NCBI GenBank assembly: GCA_021432655.1
Contig: MU271182.1
Coordinates: 1-64,000 of the forward strand
Origin: Atractiella rhizophila
Taxonomy: Eukaryota
Direction: 5' to 3'
Length of the DNA: 64,000 bases
The translations under genes were made by a program, and so were the position numbers. Below the pieces are notes generated by a model. It searched no databases. It was not told the origin of the DNA and saw only the letters and a list, made by a program, of their open reading frames with translations. This document shows positions 1 through 12,199 of this stretch, piece by piece (position 1 is the first letter of the stretch; each line of letters starts with the position of its first letter).

Positions 1-105
1 AGCTTGGAGCGGGAAAGCTTGGAGCGGGAAAGCTTGGAGCGGGAAAGCTTGGAGCGGGAAAGCTTGGAGCGGGAAAGCTTGGAGCGGGAAAGCTTGGAGC
101 GGGAA
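1..105 (+). repeat. Perfect 15-bp minisatellite (AGCTTGGAGCGGGAA) x7, running off the window start
   Basis: Seven exact copies read directly. One frame translates as (SLERE)n. Confidence 0.95.
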
Positions 106-2960
106 AAGGGAGGAATTGAGAAGTTTTCTGGCCAACATCCTAGCCTACCATAAGGAGCAGAAGGGGAGAGAATAGGGGATATTTCAAAGTATGGTTGAAA
201 GAGAGGATGAAGTGGGAGAGGTCAAGGAGGTAGAATGGTATATCCCAATGAAGGCTATGGAGTGGTTTGAGAGGTTGCTCCAGGGGACAATCACGTTCTG
301 TATACACTTCAACAACGAAGGAGGAAGATGAGGGTTCATGGACAAGTTGGTAGTCACCGGAAGAAGCGTGAAAATAGGTGAGGAGGCACTTGCACCACCA
401 AGAATGCAGCTGCAGCAAGGTCTTACGAGTATCAGGAATTGGAGGCACTGATAGACGAATACGGAAGCGAGGGACAGGGAACTCAAAAAGAGGGTTTCGC
501 TTGACCCATCAAACCCAGAATCCCAGCTGGTTCTGTAATACATCTCATATGATCTCCAAGTCAAGTCATGGTTCGTAGCCCTCCCAAACGATTACTAGAA
601 CAAACCTGTGCTAGCTCAGAAACTCAAGGATTCCTTCCTGCGAATATCCGAACCAACCTCATCGGCCTTATGACAGTTAGAGAAGTAGCGGATACGGTTG
701 CGAAGCTGTCGAAGGTGAGCCTGGGCCGGACCTAGGAAAGCAAGAAAGGAAAAAGAGGAGCGATTGAAAGAGAAGGGGGAGAGAGCATGGGAGAAGGAGG
801 AGATGTTCGTGATATGGAAAAGCAGTAAGATGTCATTTAAACCTTGAACGACACAGCAACCCTTCCAGCAACCCTTTATGCAGAACCGTCCGAACCCATT
901 ATTTCAAGAACGTCCCCTCACAACGCACCAAACAATCATTGAACCACAACTATCCTCGCCCCTAATTCCAACCAGAATCGAACACGAAGTGTGGAGAACC
1001 TACCTTTCGAAGGAGTGGGCGGCATACAATGCCATGTTCAAACGATTCATTGACAGGGGCATAGCAGCATGTCCCCTACATCCATTTCCCCTCTTACCGG
1101 GAACCCTTCCAGCCAACTCGAACAACTGCAACATTTACGGTATAGAATGAGGAGGTAGAAGCCACCGTTGTAATATGCCACCGGTCCCCAAATTGAAAAG
1201 CAATTTCGAAGGAGCTGCAGGAGCTGGAAGTTCTTCATGATTCAAGACGGCGAGTAGAGGTCGGTGGAATGGGAAGGGGACAAGGAGGCGGAGGATGAAG
1301 TGGCGGAAAGATGGGAGTGCACATTCATCGCACAAGAATCTCAAAGTCGAAAACGACGAAGAAAGGCAAGTACATACCCCCTGCAAACCGATGCAGTCCA
1401 CTCATCATCTTCCGTATCCAGCACCTAAGGCAAGGCTAGATGAGGTGGCAGGATGGTAAAACATTCTAGAGAAAAGGGAAATGTCTGCCGTTACTTCCAT
1501 CAAGAATAAAATCTCCTCGTTCATCAAATAGATGGGTCGTTCCTGCACTGGCCGAAGAAGTTAGTAGAGGGCTTAGAGAGAAGAGGGATAGAAAAATTCC
1601 TAGCGTTGGTCCCCTCTAGCGGCGCAGGTCTTGTCAACGTTTCAAATGGAATTTCAGCGGGCAACGACTGGGGGGGGAGGGTTCAGGCTCTTGCCTAAGC
1701 CTTGTAAGAGCACACCCTCCGAGACCACCACTCACCAGTACTGGTTGGAGAGAGCGCTGATGAACATAACACACTATCTCTCCCGTCAGATGAATTGGAC
1801 CGAGAGATATCACCACCTTATATCCCATCCGATACACAAACACTAACACCAAGACAAAAACTAAGTTCCTCATCAACAACAGTCACAGCCAATAGCGAGG
1901 CAACAACCAAAGCACATTCAACAACAGGCAAACCCAGCATAGGTACAGCAACAGAACGTACGGAAACAGTGCTAGTCACAGATACCCCTCTAGCTGCATT
2001 AGTCGACTCAGAATCAAGAATGGAATCAACGAAAGCCTACCGAAAATCAGAACAAGACAACAGGCGAGATTCCGTCAGCTACCACCGCTACCCCCTTCGC
2101 CATTGGCCGCATTAAACCGAGCAGTGCACGAGGACGAAGGAATACCAATCGTAACCGAAGAACAGAGACAGTTGGCACAAGGATATGAACTGCTGCGAAA
2201 GGCTCCTCGAGAGATGACAACGGAAGAACTGACAGAAGCACTAAAAAAGTGGACAAGAGGGAAGTTGTTTTGCATCACTATTGAAGTTGGAACAGCATAG
2301 ACAGGGCCGCTAGAAGGGTTCATATCAACATGTGTGATCATAGATGAGGGGCAACCAGAAATTTGATGAGCAAGGACTTTTATCTAAAGAACCAAAGACA
2401 CCTGCCCCCCCCCTCCTTCCATCAGACAGTGCGTTGATAATTGGGAATGAATCAGTAGCGCTATCAATTTGGCAGGATAACGACTCAATCAGCAGTTATC
2501 AGCGGCCCACAACTAGCCGAGACCCAGTTCGAGATCCTGAACGCAGGGCGAGCGTTTGATGTACTCCTCAGCAAAGGATGGAAAGAAGACATGGAAGCGA
2601 TTCACTTCTACAAATGGGACATCATATGCTTCATACCAACGGATGACAGGAAGACTTGGAAATGTTATAGGAACAAAAGGATTGGACCAACTCAACTACC
2701 TCGAAACCTCCCATCACACCCCCTCAACATCATCAAATTACTCACCTCCAGAACCATATTCTACTTTGACACCACCACCAACCATGACACCGATTTATCC
2801 TCACAATTCCAAATCATCGACAACTCTCGCGAAATAGATGAAGAAGTATTTGCGCTGGAGCAATACAAGAAAATCCTGGATCATCCTCTCTGTCCAGATT
2901 CCCGTTGGATCAAAGATACTAGTAGGGGACGAACTGAGTGCCGATTCGACGGGCAAGCTA

Positions 2961-3249
2961 AAGGGGAGGGAGTGGAGGCTAGCCCAGCCATCAAGAGAAC
3001 CAACTCCCTTTCCACCAGTCAAAGCACCACGCCCCTGTACTGTGCGTCCACAGTGGTACCGACAGTGTCCGAAGGGTTTTTTTCACCCTCAGCTATTGAC
3101 GTCATGTTCTTTTTGAACTTTCTGGACTACCGTGCTTACCAATGTTTGCCACTTACTGTAAAGGTATAAAAGCACTAGATTCTTTATTGTAATATTATGA
3201 ACTTGTAATTTCGTCAGGGCTGGCCAGGACTGGTGCTTAGCCCACTACA
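2961..3249 (+). mobile_element. Possible polypurine tract plus degenerate LTR at the end of a decayed retroelement-like region
   Basis: AAGGGGAGGGAG (2961-2972) is followed by TG, an internal TATAAAA and a CTACA end. The terminal inverted repeat is poor and no second LTR is seen. Confidence 0.25.
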
Positions 3250-4004
3250 CCATCTTCCCCTCACTCACAATATCCGGAGCATTGAACATGTCATGGGACA
3301 TTGCATTATTGCTGTGACATGATGTCCAGGACACCAGTTGCAGAAGCAGGCAGAGAAATCTCTGACTCCTTGATGGAAACTGAAGGTTTGAGGGACAAGT
3401 CATTTCAGGAAGCGTTATCTTGACCAAGCTGGGCAGCACTTGTTGAAAATGATGCTAAGGTGCAGGGATTGATTAAGTGCTTTAATGGAGACAACATTTT
3501 TGAGGGAGTGTTACATCCTGTTTTGTTCCTCACCTTGAAAGAAGGCACTCCAGACCACCTTCAGGACATTACTTGTCAATGTGCAAACTCTTATATCCAC
3601 CTCAATGGTGAACTATTCTTCATCCAGAAAGGAAGGGAATACTGCTGTGTCCCCAAGAAGAAGTGAAAAGCCTAGTCATAGCAACTCATGAGAAGCAATG
3701 ACATGGAGAGCAAGACCTAGGTAGGAACCATTGCACACTTCATACCCTCCCTCCAGGCCTCCACAAATGGCTTCCTTAAGAACAAAACACATATACCTTG
3801 CGTGCTGCCACAAGAATGCACCCCCAAGTGAAACAGATGCGAACAGCACCTGGGCATTTAGGATGGAGGACACCTCCCTCAATAGAGACCGCACAGGAAG
3901 CCATGGCTTCATGCCCACAGAGCTGGTACACGGCTGGAACCTGTCCACACGCCAATCACTGACAATGGAAGATGTTTGAGACCTAGTCACGAAAGAGAAA
4001 GGGG

Positions 4005-4345
4005 GGATACGTAATATCGGGACCCGCCGTACGATGGAGGATGAGAAGGTCCCCATACGTAGGAGTGGGTGAGCTCTCCTGGCATCTCCGATCCTGTTGA
4101 CGCTTTTTGGGGATAGGCTCCGTGTGCCTGCTTTGCTTGGATACAAGCTTCGCATTGGGAAGGTGAGCTCGTTTCCTCTACAGTCTACATTCATTCCTTC
4201 AACTAATCCCTTTTTGTGCAGTTCTTCTAATGTCTTTGGGTTGATGTGGCCGAACGCGCGGTGCCACTCGTCCCATGTTCGCGCTCGCTTCCCTTCTGCC
4301 GCCATCGCTTTCTCACCCCCCTTTCCATTGTTTCTAGTAAGCACA
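4005..4345 (-). mobile_element. Ty1/Copia fragment: GAG-pre-integrase and start of integrase, frameshifted
   Basis: WDEWHRAFGHINPKTLEELHKKGLVEG, then in a shifted frame QCEACIQAKQ...GELTHSYVWGP...GGSRYYVS (HHCC zinc motif and HSDVWGP-like motif). Confidence 0.8.
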
Positions 4346-4529
4346 AGTTTCCTCTTTTCTTTCCTTCTCCTAGCAGCTGATCACTCTTGTTGAACAGCTG
4401 CACCTTACCTCCTCCGAAGACGCCCTTGCCGCCAGCGTTGTCGAGTCGACTGATGGAGAGGAGGCTGTTGGGGGCTGAAGGGTACGATATCTACTTTCTT
4501 CCGTACCATGAGCTATAACTTTTGGTAAA

Positions 4530-5800
4530 GTGCATAGGCCGCTCTGTGATTTTGAGCCGTCCTAAGATGACATTCCAGGCTGGAGTAATTATTGTCACTT
4601 GTTTTTGCTACTCGGCAGACGAAATCGCAGTGCTTGCACTGGTAGTATTTGTCCCTTTCTGATGACCTCTCTTGATCTGTTTTGGTACCTCATCCTTGGA
4701 AATCTATTTGAAAAAGTAATGAACTGTGGCTCATTGTCGAGTGCCAGTTACTTGGAATACCTGGCAAGTAAGAATGGAAACCTGAGATGTAGTAGAGATA
4801 CACCTTTGAGCATTGAACATGCCTCTTATTAGGACCAAGGGCTGTCATTGTAGAGGTAGGTTGACCCTTCTATCACCATGGCTTGAGGACGAACCTGGAT
4901 GCGTTTCTTTGATTTCTTGAATATCTTCCCCAGCAGCATATCGGCTAGCTCCCAGTTCGATGCCTCCATTTCATCTTGCTCAACCTGTTCACAATCCTCT
5001 CCACTATCGCTTACTTCCATCTCATTCTTTTCTCCTGAAGACAGCGCAAAGAGCCCTCCATCGTCCCCCGCTTCATCCACCACAAGATCGGTGACAAGCA
5101 GTTGGTGGAAATGGACTGCTGCAACACACAACGAAGCTTTCTGAGCTTGCACAAGGTAGGACAGCACGTTGTATTTATTCTCAATTTCACATAAACCATC
5201 CCAGAGCAGTTTGAGGCTTTTAAGACCATGTCGAAAACCAGAATTAGACGAAGATTGGAGGCAGTATCCAGAGAATGCATGATGAAATGGGCAATCGTTA
5301 TCTTCTTCCTTGGAAGAGAGCTGTTTCTTAAGCTCCTCACACATCTTGTAGAGGCAAGAAGAAGTCTAAGCAACAGGTCAAAATTATAGAGGAAGGTGAG
5401 AGAAATAATGCACATAGTTTCTGTCCTGCCGCATGGTTGTGACCACACTCTTCAAGACTTGGAGCTCATCGTAGCTGGGAATGGCAGAGTTTCTGTAATG
5501 CAAATATGTACCTAATAAGAGTAATCCGGGCAGAGTGCAGAATGAAAGGTTTTACATCTCATGGTCACATTTTTTTCTTTCTCTCTTACTAATTGCCATT
5601 CCTTCTTCACTGTTCCTTTTTGCCATATCCACCAACTTGATTTGGCATGTTGTCTTTGATGGCACCATGCTGATGATGGAGAAGTAGTGCCTGTAATGCC
5701 CGTGATGCCTTTTACTGACACTTTGGGATCAACACTTTGAATGGAGCACTGGAGTGACTGAGGCGAGACTAGTCAGAGTTTCTGGTCTTACATTGGACAG
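4530..5800 (-). mobile_element. Degenerate hAT-family element: BED zinc finger plus upstream accessory ORF remnant
   Basis: 4530-4655 reads YYQCKHCDFVCRVAKTSDNNYSSLECHLRTAQNH (BED-type C2H2). 5190-5740 is clearly similar to 29500-30080, which lies upstream of a hAT transposase. Confidence 0.55.
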
Positions 5801-6049
5801 GCATCAAGCACATAAAGGAACTCTGACTTCGTGTTCTTGATGAGCCAGCCGACCTGGCCTGCTTGACTAAAAGATCCTACAATTGCACAGCTATAGAAAT
5901 CTGGAGCTACATTAGAAGACGTGTTGGCGTACGAAGACGGGAATACTCCTTCACGTCTGCCGCACGTCTTTCCGTCCCCTCAACAATATGTGCGGTTCGA
6001 GACATGTTGAGTGAACTCCACGGAGGCCAAAAAAGACAGGAACGAAGTA

Positions 6050-6640
6050 TGGGTTCAGGGGCCATTGCACCCCATTGTGCATCCCTATCTAGAGGTCAAG
6101 GGTAACAAGGAGGCAGATTCTCTGGCATGCAAAAGGACAAAGAGAAAGGATGCCGCTCCACCCTCCTCATTCCTGTTTAGTCCATCCTCTTTTGCACAAA
6201 CCATCCGTGCCTACTCTCTTCCTCAAACCAAACCACCTAATAACGTGGAGAAACATCATGCCAAAGCACGAGGAGAGCTACCTTCAGCCAAGACATATGC
6301 TATGCTTGCAGAACTCCAGAGAACAGTGGCTTCAATTGTGGTTCAACTCAGGTCAGGCCATGTGGGACTTGGAGAACTATCTGCATCACAAGATGGTGCA
6401 GGAATCCCCTGTTTATGAGTTTTGTCATTCTTGTGAAACGGTCAAACACTATCCTATCTGCTATCATGTATGAAGCACAAGCACCATCCTATCTGCCATC
6501 ATGCAGGAGGCACAAGCACCAGCGCGAAATGCTTATGAAGTTAGTGAAAGTCGGAATCCGTCTCACAACCAATGTATCCGTCCTCTCCAACCCCGACATG
6601 TTAACCCTCTCTGGAACTACATCAGAGCCACTAGAAGGTT
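6050..6640 (+). mobile_element. 3' remnant of a LINE (RNase H end and CCHC region, Tad1/I-like)
   Basis: VKGNKEADSLA (GNExADxLA-like), IVVQLRSGHVGL, and NYLHHKMVQESPVYEFCHSCETVKHY in shifted frames. Confidence 0.65.
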
Positions 6641-9391
6641 CACTCATCACACACGAGCAACTGAGAGGATTCTCTGTTACAAGAAGAAGAATGAAGCTCG
6701 ACAACACACTGCACGAACAGGGGTGGGCTAAGCCTCCAAACTACCTAAGTTACGAAGATAAGCCTCTCTGAAGACTTTCTTCCCTCCATTTATTCTTGAA
6801 ATTTGACCACGCTTTCATTAATCATGTACTTCTACACATTGGGACTTCTTTTCTTTCTTTCTGCTTTTAACATACAGCATGTCCTCACCTTCCCGTTGGC
6901 AGTCATTATCGCGCATCATGTCAACCCTTTCATGCTAAGGAGCTTTGACTCTCATCCAGCCATCAAAGACGCTAGAAAAACGAGTAGGACCCAATGGCCG
7001 ACAAAAGCTAGATCGGAAGGGGAGTAGAAGATGAAACAGGATTTAAAGGGGGAGTTCGGGGCAGCATAGGATCTACTACAATCATCAAGGGGGAGGAGGA
7101 GATATCCAGTTTAGATGTCGTTACAGAAACTAGGAGAAGAGCTTCGTGACCAATGGGCCGTAAAAAGCTCTGAAATATGACAACAACAACAACAACAAAG
7201 GAAGGCGTGTTGACTGTCATTGAATGAAAGGGGCTGGGAGGTTGGAGAAGACTGGAATACGGAGCACAGCTTCGTGAGACCCGCACTCTTCTGGGCATTC
7301 CAAGCCTTGCAGCTAGCGAGCAGTGTCCCGTCGTGTTTAAGCTTGAAGTTCTCCAACACATGAACAATTGCAATCTTCTTGCTCCCAGTGTGTCCTACAC
7401 AAAGAGCTTCCTTCATCAGATTGAAGGTTTCGGGAAGGGACACTCCTTCTTTCAGACCAGATTTGGAAGGCATTTCTGGGGTGGAGAATGGAAGAGAAAA
7501 GAGGTTGAGAGGACTTGAAGTACAAATGAAGAACAGAATGACCGTTGTGGACTATGACCACAAATTGTGCCGCCATGATTCCGGAAGTCAATCGCACATT
7601 TTTCGTGTATGTTTCGCGAACACAAGCGAACTCTGAAGCTGCTTCCTCAATCTCAAAATGAAACTCACTTGCAGAGCAGTGACAAGGCAGGACTGGCAAA
7701 CAGATTTTAGAGGACTCGAGTGGAGGGAGCAACACATATTATCATGGAGTGTTCACAGATAAATCACATAGTGGAAAACGTTTTCTTTCATCTATTCCGA
7801 CTTAAAACTACAAAGGAATATGAACAGGCAAATCACAGAGCACACCGAGACAGTTGCACGACTGAGAAATCCGCTTGGCCGCAATCGCAGGGAGGAGAGC
7901 TGTGTCCCATTGCTAGTGTTGGAAATGGGGAAGAGAGGTCGTGGGAAACGAAGTGAACCTGCTCCAACAGTGATTAATACAGGAGAAAGGGACGGAGACG
8001 GAACGGGACATTGAGAAACCATGTACAGATCTGTGAGAATCTCGCGACACCACATGATGTGCCCGTATCATGGTGCAACGGATCTGTTAGATACCTGTGG
8101 CGTTAAATTGAGCAGGGAGATGTCATGAACGCTGGAAAGATGAAGGAAAGGAGATGGGTGGAAATTGGTGCTATCATTCACACACACCTTTTTTCCACTC
8201 AATCGTACCCAAATGACAGAAAAAGTGGACACACTGTCTCCCCTCCCCTATAAACACTGAAAGTACTCCTAAGTAGTCCGGATGCCACGCACAAAGCTGC
8301 CATTCGTCATTTGGTGGGAAGCTGAAGGTTACAGCAGGTTAGGAGCGTTCGGAATGGGGATTTTGGTGCGAGGAATCATTTGGGGGGTCATACTAGAGCT
8401 GGGAATGATGCTACAAGCATCTTCAGCATGAAAAAGAGGGAAGAGGAGTGGGGCTGACCTGATTTTGGCGGTGATGACGGTGGAGGTGCCACTTGGCAAA
8501 TTTTTGGCGGAATGAAGTCATGCGAGGTGAGGAGAGTTGAGCTGAGTGTACGAGGGGAACTGGAGAGCAGTATGGCGTGTTTATCATTATCGAGGGTCAG
8601 AAAGAGGTCAAAGTTATTGTCTCTTCCTTCATGAATCATGATCAGCTCAGAAACAAGACCCAAGACACCAAAAAAAGGAGAACTCACCTGTTTAGAACTT
8701 CCCCAACCATTGCATCTCGATCACTGTCCTTGAATGTTGAAGACCTCCACTAGTAGTCCCTGAGAGTGGTTGTTTGTCGACATAGGGGTCCTACTAGTAA
8801 GTGCTACTCATGGGGACTGATGGCGCGCGACGTGCTCCTCTCCATCCCTGTCCTGGTGGCCGGAGTGCCGCGGAAGGCTGACTCTTGCTCTTCTCCTCCA
8901 GTAAGGTAGAGTAACAAAAGTTGGATGACACGATTATCGTGTTATAATCCCCCGTCAACCCGAGCGTTCTCCCAATGCCAGATTGATGCCCACAAAAACA
9001 GCCCGCTAGATCAGTGGTCTAGGCTAACATTAAATGCTACGTTGCTTTCCATTCCTCCAAACTTCTTGCCGGGGTGAGGAACGGCTGATCCTAGAGTTTC
9101 ACCTAATTTCCCTGTGGATTAAACAATTCTTCATAGTACAGCTGACGTGGGATTCAAGAATGAAAGTTCTTCAGGCCACTCCTGTCTGTTGTGGCGAAGT
9201 TTGGTCTTGTCGTATATATTCTGTGCGCGAAGCTGGGATCCTTCCTTAAGATACTCGTAGCCACTGTTTGCTGCTGTCATAAATTGTAAGAACAAAGGTG
9301 CTTACTTTTATCTGTTTACTTGGCTATTTGACTTCTAGTGTATGAAGTCTTGATGAGTTGCTGATAAGTTCGCATATTCCAGAAGCCAAGA

Positions 9392-9570
9392 ATGTCTGCG
9401 TTGCCAGAACCCAAATACAAGCCTCCTTTACGCAGAGGAGATGCATACACGGTCAGTGGTGGCTCTTGTCCCTTCTACCACCACTTATGTGTTGCAGAAT
9501 TGTCGAAAGAGAAAGATAGCTTGTGACGGCAACTGGTCGGGATGCAACCAGTGCCTCAAGAGCCAGCAAG
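9392..9570 (+). pseudogene. 5' fragment of a Zn(II)2Cys6 transcription factor
   Basis: ATG 9392, GT-AG intron 9452-9497, spliced MSALPEPKYKPPLRRGDAYTNCRKRKIACDGNWSGCNQCLKSQQ. The first Cys appears as Tyr and the sequence runs into the pogo element's 3' end. Confidence 0.65.
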
Positions 9571-9574
9571 TCCG

Positions 9575-11407
9575 AAAGTACAGTTGTAGTCCAATCATTT
9601 GCACCTACTACCACCTTCTCCGCTGGCAAAATAATCGCACAGCCTCTCCTCCACTTCCCTCGATATGCGGCCTCCATCTTCTCCTGCTTCTCCAGCCCCT
9701 CTTACTCCTTCCTATCCATTTTTGCTTGACCTTCTTCTACTGCCCTCACTTCAACTTCCTCCATCGCATCCAGTTGAGCTGCTTTAATAGCTCCAACACC
9801 TTTCTTTACAACCTTCCGGGTCTGGGTCGCCTTTGACTCAGTGTACGAGTTCTTCTATTGTTGGATTTCCTTCTTCTGTTGTATGACAAGTGCCTGAAGG
9901 CATTGATTAGATGCTTGTAGACCCTCGACAATCTTGATTGCTCGTCCTTCAATGGTTTGGAGATCAGCGGTGGAAGGTCGGTTGTTAAGAAGGAGAAGGT
10001 CCGCAGTTCGTCTTAAGGTATTAGGGGTGAGCTTATGGAAGGGATCAGTGAAGGCAGAAGAGAGTGTCATTGAGGGGGATGATCCAAGGTTGGCTGCTTC
10101 TTGTACAAGTCGATGAAGGGGTTCCAGACCATGGTTCGTACTGATGTCGACAGGCCAAATTCCGGAGACTTTGAATGCTTTGTTTATCTGATCTGGCATA
10201 TAAGTATTCTTGCTGGCTTCTCTAAAATAATATGAAAATCAATTCTTCTTTATGGCCCTCCTCTTCCTTAGCTCGTTGTCTAATGTCCGAGAATAAGACA
10301 GCTGCATAAAGCTGAAAATCACAACGTCTAGTGGGGAGGTGAGATGGCTAGTATAGGGATGAGAATGAAGGGAAGGATATAATGAGCAAGTGCGAATCGG
10401 AGGAAGGAGAAGGTGAGGTGAAAGCCATGACCATCCATCAAGAGAAGCTGCCATTCACGATCGGGGCGACGATTCTCCTCCACAAAGAAGGCTAGCCATT
10501 CATGGCCTAGTTCGTCGTCGGCCCAACCGCTCTCTGAATTGGCATAATGTGCTGTTTTGATTCTTCCCTACATCCAGCTCTTCATGACGTTCTTTCCAGC
10601 AAAAATAATAATGGGATTAGCCACTTTACCACTAGCATTGATACATTCAATTGACTGTCACCCACTCGTGGTTCCCATCTACAGTATTCTCCCCTTAGCC
10701 ATCAAACAAAGAGAAGCAGAAAACTCACCCCTTATAAATTGAGGATTCTTCACTTGATCCTTGCTTCTCACCACCACATGCTCCTTCTGAGAGACTTCAA
10801 GCATAAACCCCTTCCCATTAACACAATTCACTTGATCAGCATCCACAATCCCATATTCTTCCCAAGCCTTTCCCAGCTCCTCCCACCACTTCTCTAACTC
10901 TGGATACAAAATGTTGATACGTTCCTTCCCAATCCATCGGGCTACTTGATTGGCGAATTCTGGATGGCCTTTCATGAACCCCTCATACCACCCACAAATG
11001 CTGAGACCATCTGCTGATTCTTCTGGGTGGGTCTCTATGTAAAGCTCTTTCACAAAGTTGATGATGTACTGCTTCGTGACAGGGTAAAAGACCCGTTTGC
11101 AGAAGTTGCATATCTCAACAATTGCGTCCTCTTGAGCTGGTGTCAGCTTTTGCCGTGACTGCATGTCTTCGTCCTTCATTTGATGGCCCTGCAGTCGATT
11201 CACAAGGCTTTGGCAAGGAACGCTACATGTTCTCGCTATGGCAGTAACATCGATGGGAAACTGCTTTCCCTTGTTCTTGGCCTGTCTCTTGATGTAGGCA
11301 GGAGTGTCTTGAATGAGCTGTTGAGCATAGGTTTCAGATTTGTTGAGAGCTTCAGTCTTTACTTTTCGAGATTTGGAATGTTCTTGTTTTGGTCTGGTCA
11401 TAACCAA
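9575..11407 (-). mobile_element. pogo/Fot1 (Tc1-mariner superfamily) DDE_1 transposase, disrupted
   Basis: CENP-B/Tc5-type HTH region (QKLTPAQEDAIV...GWYEGFMKGHP), NCVNGKGFM, GWADDELG, DGHGFH, HTSHLTSPLDVVIF and FKVSGIWP, spread over several frames. Confidence 0.85.
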
Positions 11408-12199
11408 AGAGCTTGTTTTATGATGCTGAGGGTCTCCTGAGGGCTGAAGGAATGTTGGATGAGCTGTTGTGGTGGAGGAGGGACCAGTGATGCAATGCGC
11501 GTAAGTGTGCCACAGTCAGGTGAATCAAGGTTCACCATTGACCCTGCAGGCCAGGAATGGGAAACCACTACTTTTCGTATTGATTGCTCTCGTATTTGTT
11601 ACCCGATAAGCTATTCCACTTGACAATAACACCTAAACAATCGAGCTGAACATACGTTGTCACGGTTCCTTAATTTCACAAATCTCTTTGTAGCAAAAAA
11701 AACCAAAGTCGTCACTGTTGTCCTGTGGGGTCGTTACCTCTACATACCAACTATTAAATGGTTTAGCACGGCCGCCAGGAAAACATACAAATATATAAAA
11801 TCCCTGTAGCATCTGAGCCTTGCTTGTAAGTGTCTCAGCCAGTATGTACTCCTGTATCGGCATTCATATCTCAGGGTTAACGTGTTGTGCCCATGAAAAG
11901 TGGTGTCCGACACCTACAGAAGTTGCATGGATAGCGAGAATGTTGCGCGCACATCTTTGCATCCGCCGTGACATGTACTATCGCTCCTCCCCCTCCTGCT
12001 CCTAGTTATTTACTGTTGGAAGTGTTTGAGAGGAATATATCAAGAAGGGAGAAGCTACACTGTGAGCATTTCATCTTTGGTTTGCTTAGGAGTCCCACTT
12101 TGTTTGGACTCTGATGGTTCTGCCCTCTCCTGTTGATGTTGGTCCCATCTGCATCCCTAACCCAGTTTTCTCTTTTTCTCTGCAAATTTTCACCAAACT

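Noticed and set aside
1..105. 15-bp repeat as a CRISPR array or telomere
   Set aside because: There are no spacers, the context is eukaryotic, and the unit is not a recognisable telomeric repeat. It is a simple minisatellite.
106..2960. Decayed gag/pol-like coding region
   Set aside because: It looks formerly coding but has many stops and no diagnostic motif I can identify.
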